Assembly: GCA_020137815.1 (NCBI GenBank) | Contig: CM035351.1 | Location: 3,410,001-3,474,000, forward strand | DNA from: Hormiphora californensis | Lineage: Eukaryota > Animalia > Ctenophora | DNA: 64,000 nt | Direction of reading: 5' to 3' | In this document: positions 1-13,705 of the stretch, one piece after another | Layout: each line of letters begins with the position of its first letter | How positions within the stretch are numbered: position 1 is the stretch's first letter | Notes under the pieces: model-generated | Databases searched by the model: none | Seen by the model: the letters and a program-made list of their open reading frames with translations, nothing else | Told to the model about the DNA's origin: nothing | Position numbers and translations under genes: made by a program

Positions 1-204
1 ACATTATAACCAGAATATGCCCAGCTGTGACAATTACCCCAATTACCAAAAATATTACAGCCTGAAAATAAACAATAAAAAATGGGGTTGCCACATGTAA
101 CTTTTCGGCAATCAGCTACGAACGAACAAGAGCTAAAATCGAATTATCCCTGCCACACGTACCACGCAAACGGCTGGTTTCGCCTGGTCCAGCCGAATTC
201 CTAC

Positions 205-323
205 TGAGTTACCATAGCAACATGAGTTACCATAGCAACATGAGTTACCATAGCAACATGAGTTACCATAGCAACATGAGTTACCATATCAACATGAGTT
301 ACCATAGCAACATGAGTTACCAT
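205..323. repeat. 18-bp tandem repeat (TGAGTTACCATAGCAACA) x~6.5; each unit contains an RFX X-box-like 14-mer
   Basis: GTTACCATAGCAAC at 208, 226, 244, 262, 298; one-mismatch copy at 280. Intronic, ends ~18 bp before the acceptor at 340-341. Confidence 0.9.
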
Positions 324-341
324 GAATCTATAATTCTTCAG

Positions 342-3300
342 AAGGGGACGATCACATGATAGTATCTGAGTTTATGAGCCTGGGATGTCTGAAAGACTTC
401 CTGATCAACAGACCAGAAGGGATGCTGAGCCAAGAAAACAAACTTAGTATCTGCTATCAGGTAATGTTAATTAACTATTCCACGCAATATCATCGTTCAA
501 CTCCGTAATTAATGCTAAATGCTCGCTAGTAGACTCTGCCGTAGAGTGCAAATATTCGTATTGAAATTAAGCTCAACTGCAGTACGTGGTTACAAGTGGG
601 CGTGAGGAACATAATTAACATGTTACCATGACTACTTCAGCTGATAATTACATGGAAATTATCGATATAATTACTTGTTCAGGTGTCTAATGGCCTAGAG
701 TACATGACGGCACAGGACATAATTCACCGGGATATTGCTGCTAGAAACTGTCTAGTTGGAGAGAATCTTATTGTCAAGGTAACACTGTCTAGTTGAGTCT
801 CATATTGTCAAGGTAACACTGTCTAGTTGAGTCTCATATTGTCAAGTTAACACTGTCTAGTTGAGTATAATATCGTCAAGGTAACACTGTCTAGTTGAGT
901 GTCAAGGTAACACTGCTGCAATCAAATGATAATGATACACGTGTCCTTTAAACTATAGCCAGTATCACATCTCCCCTCACTATCCAGCTCATCTAATGTA
1001 CACGTGCCTTCACAGCTCCCCTCTCTCAGTGAAAGATCCACTGATCGAGACCTCTCTTTCACTCCAGATAGCCCCTCTTGGACTACCCTCACTTGATCTA
1101 CCAAACAGAGAGAGAACACACAAAACCTAACATATACTCAGTCTTCTCACTACTTTAACTACTTTAACTTTAGATCCTGTCCGGCCAATGCTCTGACCGC
1201 GGTTCTCGCTTTGAAAGAAATGCAAGAATAGGGTCAATGCTCTGACTAACTCCCGGATATGTTACAGGTTGCGGACTTTGGTTTATCAAAGGGGCTCCTA
1301 ATGACTGAGTATTACAGAAAGTTGGGAGGTCAGGTTCCTATTCGATGGATGGCCCCCGAGTCAATCAAATACGGACGGTACACAAAACAAAGCGATGTCT
1401 GGTCTTTTGGAGTGCTCATGTGGGAGGTATGTGAGATCGAGATATTTGTGCCAGGGGCCAGGCAGGAGGCGTTGAAAGGAATGTGTGCAGTTATTCATTC
1501 AACATGTCTAGTTATAAGGGGAAACAAGAGAGCTGTTACTATAAGAGAGGAGTTTTTTTGGTCGAGTGCTGTCGACAGATCATTTTCAATACACCAGCTG
1601 CAGTAGCATGTACACTATTATTATAGGACAGTAGTAGCTGGACATCTATATTATAGCTGAGCTTTTTGCAATGAAAGGGGGTCTTGTTCTGACTCAATCT
1701 TTCCCTCTCTTTCGTACGTTCGTATGATCAGACTCTCTCACTCTCTCATGTGATAAAGCTCTCTCGTATGAACAAGGGACCGGGTGATTCCTTAACAAAA
1801 TTTAAAAAGCACCCCGTCACACTCCCCTACCTTCACACTACACACACTCAGCGAAATATTATACTTAGGTCCAATTAGATTTAATAGCTTTTTCTTTGAA
1901 GTATTTAAATAGAATTACAGCACGGATCGAGATGGTAGACGCCAGGAAACGACCGAACCGGGTTTTTTTCCACCGAACCGAACCGAACCGAATTTGAAAA
2001 ACTTTTTTACCGAACCGAACCGAACCGAACCGAACCGAATTTCGGTAACCGAACCGAACCGAACCATAGAAAACTTTTTCTATATAAATGTTTCTCTGAA
2101 AAGTCATGGAGAGCACCGATCAAGGTAATGAGAATCATTCTCTGAAATTTTGTTAAAAAATGTTTGAAAAAATTTCAAAGTCAATTTTGTGAAAAAATTT
2201 TCAAAGTCAATTTTATCGTAAATTTTCTATGTCAATTTTTGCGTACGAATCGTGTTTCGAATCGGCAATGCTATACGGGAATGGTATTGCTAATTAGCAG
2301 GATTAAACGAACCATGAATCGTGTCTCTCTAAATTTCCTAATTAGATTTGATGGGGGATCACGTATCAGCACAATCCATCTCGGACCCACTAATTACCAA
2401 CATCACTCCCGTTTAGCATTGTCGATTAGAAACACGATTCTTATACCATAATTTACTTAAAATATTTTTCACAAAAAAAATTTCACAAAATTTCAGGTAA
2501 TGATTCTCAATACCTTGATCGATGCTCTCCATGAATTTTTAGAGAAACATTTAATTTTGTGAAAAAAACTTTGTAAAATATTTCAAAGTCAATTTCGGGG
2601 AAAAAAATCTATGTCAATTTTGCCGTACGAATCGTGTTGCGAATCGGTGATGCTATGCGGCAGTGCTCTCGCTAATTAGCAGGATTTATTGAAACATGAA
2701 TCGTTTCCCCTAAACTTCCTAATTAGATTTGATGGGGGATCACGTATCAGCATAATCCATCTCGGACCGACTAATTAGCAACATCACTCCCGCTTAGCAA
2801 TACCGATTCGAAACACGATTCGTACGCAAAAATTGACATAGAAAATTTTCCATAAAATTGACTTTGAAATATTTTCCAAACTTTTTTTACAAAATTTCAG
2901 AGAATGATTCTTAACACCTTGATCGGTGCTCTCCATGAATTTTTTGAAAAAAAAGTTTCTGAATTTGTTGACCCTCTCATGAGGACACGATTCGACGGGA
3001 AGTCAGGTATCAAATCAATCCATATCGAACCCGCTAACTAGCGAAATCATTTCCACATAGCACCACCGATTCGAAATAGGGTTAATACGGCGAAATTGAC
3101 ATTGAAATCCATACAATTTTCGTGAAATAATTGAAAAATTTTGCATGAAAAAGCCCGATTTCTGGGCATTTTTTGACCAAAAAATTCGGTGGTTCGGCCA
3201 AAATTTCCTACCGAACCGAACCGAACCGAACCGCCCAAAAAACACCGAATTTCCGAACCGAACCGAACCGAACCGAATATTCGGTCGCTTCCTGGTAGAC

Positions 3301-3369
3301 GCTAGATGCTAGACCACTGCTCGTGGTTAAGATAGGAAAGGCAACTGTGGATTCAAGAAACTGTATACT

Positions 3370-3435
<66 letters not shown>

Positions 3436-4442
3436 AGTCGTTGCTGCAGCTCTCTCCCTCTGCTTGTGGCAAGAGAGTGGTTAGCCGATAATTCCTTGTA
3501 CATTAGCCTCAAAACAGCAACATGATGCATGTACAGGTATCATGATCACCTATAACTGGTGATGGTATTATAGCACTGATGTAAAACTATACAGAATGAG
3601 AGCAAGAATTAGATAGGGAATGAAATCCAAAAATGCTTGGTTTGACCAATAATTAAACCAGTGACCTCATTCAAGAGAGAGACATGCTCGAAGCTATACT
3701 ACTAAGCTACCAAATTGGTAACCAATCTCCACTGGTGTAACTATTCCATAACATTCTCCTATAGGTCTACACGGAGGGGCAGTTTCCCTTTAGCGGGCAC
3801 AGCAACGAGGAGGTACAGACAATGTTGGGGGATGGACTGAAACTACATGTACCCCCACACTGCACAGAGGTAAGCACACTTCTAGGCCGGAATAAGTTGA
3901 CTGCAGACCCAGTCTTTCGGCTCTCACGCCGGGCCGAAGGCCGAATGGACAGCATGAGGTGCGTAGCATGTCAAGGAATATGGGGATGTAAATGACTGTC
4001 CAACGGATAATGTTGATTAATTGTGTGTCTGTTTCAGGATGTAAGCGTGTTGATGCAGTCTTGCTGGGAAAGTGACCCACACAAACGCCTCTCTTTCGCC
4101 CAGATCAAGGAACGCCTCTTCCACATGCTAAAACGTAACAAAATTAACTCTTAACTAAGTTCATGTGTTAGTCTCATCTTGAACTAGTTGATAGTTTTCT
4201 AATGTCCTATGTCCTCCTCCTGATTACTCCTTGTCGCCAATTGCTCAGACCGGAACTGACCGACCCTCATTCTTATGTTTGATGTTTCAGGTAACTCGGC
4301 ACGAATGACATGTACGAGCTCTACAGAAGACGTCTCTTGTTCCTCCTCCTACTCCTCTAGAAACATACCGTCATCCACCCAGGCCAGCAACCAGTACATT
4401 TCGGGATCCTTTGCAGCTCGGTCAAATAATACTTGGGTGTAA
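342..4442 (+). CDS. Receptor-type tyrosine kinase, 3' part (5' end outside window)
   Basis: GT-AG exons 342-460, 683-778, 1268-1426, 3765-3869, 4038-4134, 4291-4442 join in frame: [68 protein letters not shown], ending NNTWV*. Receptor class and family (ROR/Trk/InsR-like) are inferred from the YY activation loop only. Confidence 0.92.
747..917 (+). repeat. ~34-bp tandem repeat of the RTK exon end plus 5' splice site
   Basis: ACTGTCTAGTTG...TGTCAAG|GTAAC repeated about four more times inside the intron. Confidence 0.9.
1943..3294. mobile_element. Non-autonomous hAT-like element in RTK intron
   Basis: TIR CAGGAA(A/G)CGACCGAA; 8-bp TSD GTAGACGC (1935-1942, 3295-3302); subterminal (CCGAA)n arrays; internal direct and inverted repeats; no transposase. 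Confidence 0.9.
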
Positions 4443-4837
4443 CAACTGCCTACACGGCAAAACTATGATTTCGACCCCCTGTACGTAAAGTGAATGCATC
4501 CAAGGGTGAAAACTGCAGTGTGAACATTATGAACTACAGTGTGTAAGCTATGATTTCAAATTGACAATTGAACCATAACGGTGGCTTGTAGTTTTGGCTT
4601 CCCCTTGCTTTTATAGGCCTTGTCCTTGTCGAAAATTGCTCACACCGGGCATGACCGAATATTTATTTCTTAGAAATGTGAGCATTTCAAACTATAGGCC
4701 TGACCGGTCATGATGAAGCATCGAAGTGAAGGACTTTTGAAACTTTACACCCCGTAAGAGCTAATCTTATATTCTTTGATTCCTCGGGTATTGAATCCAT
4801 TTTGTTGCGAGAGAGTTTCTGATTTTGTGTGTGGGAT

Positions 4838-7800
4838 ATGAAGGTGCATTGTGCCTTGTTTCTGATTCTCTTAGCATCAGCTGAAGTGCTATCGTATGAA
4901 AATGAAAACTATGAGGTAACTGTTAAATTATATTTAATCCACTCGTATCATTGTGTTTAATTGGTTATTAACGAAAGGTAAAAGTATAAAGAAGCATGTA
5001 TAACTACCTTCTAATTTACTATTTCTAAACACCAGATTCTCCGGGTAAATGCAAAGGATGCTAAACAAGTGGATGAAATGCTCGGACTGGAGACCATGGA
5101 AGCAATTGAAGATGTTGTGGTCAGCAAATCGGGCACTGTTGACTTTGTTGTGAGGGAAGAGAAAGTGGAGGGAGTGAGGAAGTTGTTGAGAAACAAGTTT
5201 GGGCTAAATATCCAGGTTTGGAAATTCTTTGCATCTAGCCTACAAACTCATAAGCTATCTATTAACACCTGTTTTTAACAGCTCCTGGGCATCGGTAATG
5301 TTAAGAAAGCATTGGAAAATGTCTCTGGAGGTGAAGACTCAGTATTTTCTTACACGGCCTACCATCGATTAGGGTATATGCTCATTCAATCCTCATTCAA
5401 TTCTCCTTTAATTCATGTAACATGGTAAAACAACATTCTAAATCAGGACAATCTACAAATATCTGGAGGCGATAGCAAACCAATATCCTGATATTGTGGA
5501 ACTATTTACATTAACTGGAAAGACGTACGAAGGCAGAGAGATCAAGGTACACAAGACAAAGACGATTCTCTAACATAGTCTCACTACATTAAATCACTCT
5601 CGCCTAACCTATAGATTATTTCAAACCGGCCCCCAAGTGAACAAGTTCACCCTCCTCCTGTGGTTTTGTAGGCTGTTAAGATATCTCGAGATGTCTCCAA
5701 CTCGGATAGTAAACCCTTGCTATGGATAGACGGAGGCATTCATGCGAGAGAGTGGATATCTCCCGCAACTGTTATGTACATTATTGACGCTCTGGTGGGA
5801 AACCACGAAACAGATCTAGCTCCAAAGGTAAACAATCATACGAGATATAGTTACGAGAGAAGTAGGCACCGAAAAAAAGACAAGAAACGAAAGAATTTCT
5901 CAACAAATAAACACCGATCGTGCTTGTTACAATTGATGAAATTAATGAATTCATTAATTAAGTTAACACCCTAAGTCTCTCTCTACGTTTTACAGATCGG
6001 ACCCTTGTTGGACAAGTACCAGTTTGTAATAGCTCCCTGTATAAACCCTGACGGTTATGAATTTACCCACACCACCAAGAGGTATGAAGTAAACTGTTCA
6101 TTGAACAAGGCATGTATAATTGAGAACAAGGAAGTTTCTTCATTCTCCATCCCTCTGACAAATAGAGATTACCAAAAGTCAATCATACAAGACTGAGTTT
6201 CCCTGTTCCTTCAGGTTGTGGAGAAAAACCCGTAAACCCTCAGGATGCGAGGAGGGAGAGGAAAACATTTACGGAGGGTGCTTTTCACAAAACTGTTGGG
6301 GAGTGGACCCTAACAGGTACAGTACCTTACTGTTGTAGTAGTACCGTACTGTCAGAGCATTGACAGAATAGGTTCTCGTTAGTGGCAGTGCGCTGAATGG
6401 CACCTCTTAGAACCTAACAGCTGCCAAACAATTTAGTAAAACGGTTTAGTAAAGTACACAACGTTCAAAGTGACAAAGTAAGCCAACACTCAGAAGACAC
6501 AATAAAGCTAGATGTAATGCATATAATGTAGCATGATACTACAGTCGGACCCCGATTTAACGGCACCCTCGGGGGAAAGGGTTTTGTCCGTTAAATCGGG
6601 GTGTCCGTTAAATCGGGGTAGAGCATATTTGGCCCATAAAACCCTATTTTTGTCCAAAATGTTATACTAAAACACATCTAAGTGTTCTATGCAATGTCCA
6701 TGAATTGATTACATGATCATTTCTGATTAGAAAAATAAAAATTTTTTTAATTTCAAAAAAAGTTATAAAAACTTTCTAAGGTACTACATCAACCACGTCC
6801 GAATCGTTTATCGAATCAGTGCATCTTATCGCATGTCTTGCTGCTAATTAGACGGTTCGAAACGAACCGATATGTGATACCATGCCGAATCGGGGCACTT
6901 TAAGCGGGGTGAGAAAGAATTCGAATTTAAAAATATATTTTTCTCTGAAAATTCATGGGGAGCATCGATCAAAGCATTGACAATCAATCTGTAAAATTTT
7001 GCAAAAAAAGTTATGAAAATTTTTCAAAGGTATATCAACCACGTCCGAATCGTGTTTCGAATCAGTGCATCTTATCGCACTTCCTGTCGCTAATTAGACG
7101 GTTCGAAACGAACCGATACGTGATCCCCATGGGGCCAGTTTAACAAACGTCAAAATTGCGATTCGATGGGCCTCATGGGGATCACATATCTGTTCGTTTC
7201 AAACCGTCTAATTACCGGCAAGACATGCAATAAGATGCACCGATTCGAAACACGATTCGGACGTGGTTGATACACCTTTGAAAAATTTTCAAAAAATTTT
7301 CAAAAATTTTCAAAAAAAAACTCAAAAAATTTTGGGGGAAATTTATCCTGCCGTTAAATCGGGGTGCCGCTAAATCGGGGGCCGTTAAATCGGGGTCCGA
7401 CTGTAGTACCAGCTGCTACTGGCTAGACAAACGGGGGACGCTCGCAGGAGGCTGTTTAGAGGGGTCTAGAACGATATGTACATAACTCTTATAGTACAAA
7501 GTGTGTTTCTGTACTAGGTCAAAAACTATAGCTCAAGTCAAGCTGTAGCAAATAGCTTCCCCCTTATTTTCACTCACTTTGAGCACCCAGTAAAGCTGGT
7601 TTCCAAGTTATTTTCATTGAGTGTAACTATGCGGGAACTGGTTTTATAAGTTCTGAATGTTTCGCTTTTTGTTCAAATGTTCAATACTGTTTTTATCCTA
7701 ATCATATTCATGGTATTGGTAGGAGGCCTGTACATAAAAACACGACTCAAACAGTGTACTGCTTCTGTTCTAAGAGAGATTGTAGTGGCCAAAGGTTTAT

Positions 7801-8892
7801 TGAGGAGCATGAGTAGTACTACAGCTGTATAGTAGGATGAAATACCAGCTGTATTTTATCCTACTATAGTAGTATTAGTACTACTACCTATATTGCATAC
7901 TATGAGTGTGTGTTTTCAGGAACTGGGATGCTGATTGGGGAAATACATGGGGTGAGCTCCAACCCTTGTTCTCTAGTTTATCCAGGGTCAGCTCCCTTTG
8001 ACCAATTGAACACTGCTGCAGTTAGAGACCAGCTTCTACAATATAAAGGGTAAGCAGAGACCAGTGTCTAACTGAACATTTGCAGTACAAAGGGTAAACT
8101 GTTTTGTAAACTAATTAAAAACTATATTTTAGGAGGATAAAGCTGTATGTGACTTACCACAGCTACTCTCAACTATTTCTCCTTCCTCTCGGGTACACGA
8201 TGAAACCCCCTCCTGACCACGAACATCATACCGCTGTGGGGAAGGCAGTCGTAGCTGCCATCAAAGGTTTACTAAGGGACTGCATCGTGGGCTTTCTGGA
8301 GGCACCAGACCCGCTCTAATGGCGCCAGACAGATCTTGGGCGTGTTTGTAGATACACGAGAAAATTTGAACACTCAGTACAACAAATTGTGGCAGCCAAT
8401 AATAAGCTATTGTTAATGAACAATTAATTAGTTAATAATAATGATAATAATATTTTAGAACGATATGGGACGGAGTACACACCAATGATTAGTGCGGGTT
8501 TGTACCCAGCAAGTGGGGACAGTGCGGACTGGGCCTATCATGCCCTCTCCATCTCGGACGCGTATACATTTGAACTACGTGACACGGGAAAACATGGCTT
8601 TGTACTGCCACCAGAACAGGTTAGTATAAGGTCCAGGACCTATTATATCCATCCATCCCTTACAGGGCTGAGACAGCCTCAACAAAGAAAAAGAAGGTCC
8701 AGGACCAATATTCTCTCACAAGATTTTTCAGAGCGTCCTGGTCCCTGGAGCTACTACAGACTACTAGGATGTGTTCTAGGGTGTCTATAGGATATGCTCA
8801 TAATTCCTGTGTTTCAGATCGTTGAGTCAGGAGGTGAAAATGTTGATGGCTTGTTGGCGCTCATTGACAACCTTGCTACAGACAATAAATAA
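4838..8892 (+). CDS. Pro-carboxypeptidase A/B-like zinc carboxypeptidase (M14A)
   Basis: Signal peptide MKVHCALFLILLASA, propeptide exons, motifs WIDGGIHAREW, NPDGY, WRKTR, GVDPNRNWD, YHSYSQ, LYPASGDSADW, YTFELRD across GT-AG exons; stop 8890-8892. One apparent 1-nt frameshift near 7939-7948. Confidence 0.93.
6542..7403. mobile_element. Tc1/mariner-pogo-type MITE in carboxypeptidase intron
   Basis: TIR CAGTCGGACCCCGATTTAACGGC, TA TSD on both sides, subterminal CCGTTAAATCGGGG repeats, internal palindromic modules. Confidence 0.9.
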
Positions 8893-10148
8893 CTACAATA
8901 CTACTGCGGGACTTGCCTAGCTAGACTGTGTTTTACAAATGTAAAGGAGGGTTAGAACATAACAATGCGGGACAACGTGTGAAAGGAGAAATATTGAACT
9001 CCTTATAAAGCTGTAAAAACAACAATGTATAAATCAAATTCAATTGCTAGTAGCAATCACAAATTATAGCATGCTTTTGGACTGGAAACGCCTTTATCTT
9101 CCTTCTAATTTCATAACAAAAAATCTAAGTTTTACATGTTTTTCCTCTTACCCGGTTGGGCACGTCGAGCCCCCCCCCCCCCCCCCCCCCCCCCCCCCGT
9201 GTTCGTACAAAAAAATCCCCTCCCCCGGACAACTTACCCAGTTCCTCGAGAATTTCCTCTCTTCAGCTGATCATTCGTTTAGCAGTAACCCTATCCATGA
9301 GGTCGTCCTGCATGGGAAAATGGTGAATGAGATGGGAAAAAAGAGAGGAAGAGGTAAGAATGGAGAGATTGATAAAAAGAGAAGAATGAGTTGGTTTCAA
9401 TACCAAACACAACTCACCTTATAATTATTTGATCATCATTCAGTATTCACCACAGTTCATGGTTCATTTAAACCAGAATGAGGATGAGAGATTGGATTCA
9501 GGAAATCATCTGTTAAGCTTTCTTTCTGAAACATTTTAATCAAAAACCCAACCTTTGACAAACAGGTTTGGTGAGTTTCGAGGAAAGGGGGATTGGAAGT
9601 TCCTCAAAACTCCAATGGAACAATGACATGAAGTTCGATGAACTGTTTAACAAGCAACTCCTAAGTGTTCATATACTTACCCTGATGAATTTCTACCGCA
9701 GTATTATAATATTGGACTCTAAAACATATACTGCTGCGGTAGAAATTGAGGTAGACTCACGATCTGCACCAAAGGAATTTCACTTGACAAATCCAGGGAT
9801 TTTAGAAACACAGTTCTCTCTTGCTCTCTTCTATCGAATGTATCTTTTATTTGTGATCACTGGTTAGCTTTTCTTTGTGTTTACTGTTTAGAACCTGTAC
9901 ACGCCACACGGGGAGAGAGTTCCCTTGTCTGCCATGTCCTGCCAAAATGTGAGGGACCCACAGCCCTTTATAAGAGGGTGGGGAGGGGTTGTTGGCCCCT
10001 TATCAAGTTATCCTTCCATTACAAATTGAAAAGTAAAAAGGAGAATTGATATATGGGTTGTCTGGGCACCTTATAGTTACTGCAGTGTGGGGAATATTTG
10101 GCAATATTATCTTCAGGATAATATTAGCGAGAGAATTAAAGATAGATG

Positions 10149-10173
10149 GAGAGAGAGAGAGAGAGAGATAGAT

Positions 10174-10258
<85 letters not shown>

Positions 10259-10445
10259 TCTCTCGACGCTTCCTCTAGATCGCTAGTCTCTCTCTCTTAT
10301 CTGCTCCTCTATGATCTATATCGCTCTAGACGAGAGATATCTCCTCTCTCTCTCTATCTTCTCTCGTCTCTCTCTCTCTCTCTCTCTCCTCCGTCTCTCT
10401 CTATCCTCTCTTACTCTTCTCTCTCCTCTCTGCTTCTTCTCGCTC

Positions 10446-10523
<78 letters not shown>

Positions 10524-10663
10524 GCTCTTCTCTCTCTCTCCCNNNNNNNNNNNNNNNNNNNNNNNNNNNNNNNNNNNNNNNNNNNNNNNNNNNNNNNNNN
10601 NNNNNNNNNNNNNNNNNNNNNNNNNNNNNNNNNNNNNNNNNNGAGAGAGAGAGAGAGAGAGAG
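10149..10663. repeat. GA/CT microsatellites flanking an assembly gap (N 10543-10642)
   Basis: Directly visible. Similar GA/CT tracts at ~3371, 13264-13730, 14540-14640, 20615-20940, 48427-48560, 55210-55475, 63240-63330. Confidence 0.95.
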
Positions 10664-11112
10664 AATAGCTCCCTCCAAAATTAGGTTAACAACCCTATAA
10701 CACATTCTATATCCCTTTAAAGAGTTTTCTACCATGGACTATGGAGTTGAAGGCGTGGGTTATGACGTGGGTGTATGCTCTGGAGCCTACTCAATACATA
10801 TAATTTAACCTGCGCGCAGGAATTTATTGGGTTGCATATAATATTCTCTATCAATATATATTCTAAATTCTCATGATGATCATATTGAGGGCCCTGGATG
10901 CAGATAGTAATTTGACACCCGGCCCTGCCCTACAGAGAGTAACCACACGACCGGCTCCTTGGTATTTGGTGCCGCGTAGTATGGTATGTTGTAAATTCAC
11001 TTTTGCCAACATCCCTTCCTAGGATTCTCTTGTAATGTTTTTTGGCGTTACTCCAACAAAACACTGTACGAGGTTACCCGTTGATTAGCTTAACAAGTAA
11101 ATTAAACGCCTT

Positions 11113-11943
11113 GGGGGGTGCGACATGTTAATTTTGTTAACTTTGTTAATATTAACATCGCGAAAATAGGTGATTTATTAACAAGATTAACAAAACGTTA
11201 ACAAACGTTAACAAATGCCATTTATGCCATCTAAATCACCTTTAGCGCGTGTTTTTGGTATTAAACAATTGTTCTGCGAGCAAAGTTGTTCCTTCTGCAC
11301 GATTTGCACACCCCTACTACCTCTACTACGGCTTTTTCTACAGCGATTTGGTTCATTATGTAAATTTTAATAAAACTAGCAAAACTAAACCGCAATTGAA
11401 GTCAATTGACCCTATAGGGTCCTAATCCACATTTTTCAACCCTAAAAACTAAATAAGACTCATGATTTTACCTTGAAACAAAAAATATCCCAAAAATCAA
11501 TTTTCTAAAAAAACACAAGGATTTGTAGCGAAGCAAATTTTCAATCTTTGACCAAAAAATTGATTTTGGAAATATTTTCTTTCTTTTTCCAACAGAAACG
11601 TTGTGCATCATCTTCTTTCGTCCAAAGAATCGATTATCAATGAAAAATTACGTTAAAGTGAGATTTTGTACGCTAAATTGAAATCATTGTGACTTTTGGA
11701 TTTTATCGATTTTGAGCCAAAAAACATGTATGCCGGACTTTGGTTATCGGAAGAGGCCTTGTTTGGGTATATTTGTGTTAGATAAGTCATTAAACTATAA
11801 AATTAAACCAGTTAAAGAAGTACTCTCAACCAATAAGAACAGTCTTTTAGCATTTGTTAACTTTGTTAATTTTGTTAATTAACGTTAATTAACAAAATCG
11901 AAAAAAGAGGTGATTTATTAACAATTAACATGTCGTCCCCCCC
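11113..11943. mobile_element. Non-autonomous TIR element, Merlin-like (GG termini, 8-bp TSD)
   Basis: TIR GGGGGG(TG/GA)CGACATGTTAATT; TSD AACGCCTT at 11105-11112 and 11944-11951; subterminal TTGTTAA repeats. Superfamily inferred from termini and TSD only. Confidence 0.75.
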
Positions 11944-13299
11944 AACGCCTTATGCTTACAAGAGTTACTTGCTAAGTTTTTGTGTTGAATACTTTTCGTA
12001 ATTGGTTGATAATTAAATATTAAGTACAATCGTTTTCCCTGTTTTTCCCCTTAATTTATTATTCCTTTCCTTTTCCCTTCTCCTTCACACCCCCCCACAA
12101 CGGGAGGGCCCTTTGGGGAACTTTTTTTTTCCATTTCCCTCCCTTTTATTTTCTTTATCTCTCTCCCGGGAGCGGAGGGTTACTTAAACAGTACCCAATA
12201 GCCCAATCATTCCCGGATAGTTTTTTTAAAAATTGCCCCATCTCTCATTTCTTACTCCTCCATCTCTGGGCCCCCTTTTTAAAAAATCCTCCTCCTGACA
12301 TCTTCCGGGAATTTCTTCTCTCCTATTTTTCGGGTTTGACAAGATTTAGCTGGGGGATTGTTGGGGGTAATCACTTGGTGTTAATTAACAGGCAATCAAT
12401 ATTGTGGCCCCTATATTTGGTGCCTTTAACAGTAACATACCCGGACACACACAGATGGGGCGCGGGATCTAGGTTCGGTACTTTATTTTACTAATCTGAT
12501 GTCACCAGCTAGCTCCTATAATTTCTAGCTGACATCAGTTTATTCATCAGTCTATCTTGAATCTTTGAAAATATACTATTACGGGTCATCATACAATTTT
12601 CTTTTAGTGCGTGGGCTGAATTCTGTAAATCATCAGGGGAGACCGGGCTTATAGGGAGGAAGACTTGGCGGATCAGTGAAATCAGTGCACCGTGATTAAG
12701 AGAGAACATGTCACACATGAACTACTAGGAGGGGGGGACCATGCTGGTATACAACTCTAGTGTAATTATACCCACTACCCAGGCCATGTGTAATTGTATG
12801 TACACAAACTTCATTTACCCCCCTTTTAGTTTTTAAATGACCACTTTGGGGCTCCCCTTGTAGTTTTACAGCATATACTACGTTAGCCCCCCCCCCCCCG
12901 AGTTTTACAGCTACATATAATACATAGCTACTTCATTCTGGTCATAATTGCGAAAAGGTTAGGCGTGTGTGCGTGGGAATTCCTTCTGCTGCTATATTGT
13001 CGTCTTGAGTGTGGAGAAGTCGTGTGAGAGAGGGAGATTTAGAAAGAGAAAGAGAGGGAGGGAGGAATTTAAAAATTCTAGATATAGTTTCGTTTTATGT
13101 ATTTTTGCTTCAAGCAAAAACTACATTAAACGAAACTGCATGGTTTTAGCTGGGCCACGAATTTGCAGTAGGCGACACGCGTGCCCACATTCATGTGTGT
13201 TTTACAGAAAACCATCCCCTTTTGTTTTGTGTAACTACCAGGTCCCACATCAACCTTTCTATTCTCTCTATCTCTCTCTTTCTCTCTCTCTCTATCTCC

Positions 13300-13396
<97 letters not shown>

Positions 13397-13466
13397 TTTC
13401 TCTATCTTTCTCTCTCTCTCTATCTCTCTCTTTCTCTCTCTCTCTCTATCTCTCTATCTCTCTCTC

Positions 13467-13521
<55 letters not shown>

Positions 13522-13650
13522 CCAAATTCTTACTCATGTGTATCTCTCTTTCTCTTCTGCCTCATGTTGTCTACAGAGAAGGGAGAGATGAAGTAACAAC
13601 AGTTCACTTCCTTTCTATCTCTATCTCTCTCACTCCCTCTCTCTCACACA

Positions 13651-13705
<55 letters not shown>

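Noticed and set aside
205-917. CRISPR-like arrays
   Set aside because: Units are contiguous without unique spacers, the context is a eukaryotic intron, and there are no cas genes.
7939-7948. Carboxypeptidase pseudogenisation
   Set aside because: A single indel beside G/A runs with all other motifs and splice sites intact; a consensus error is more likely.
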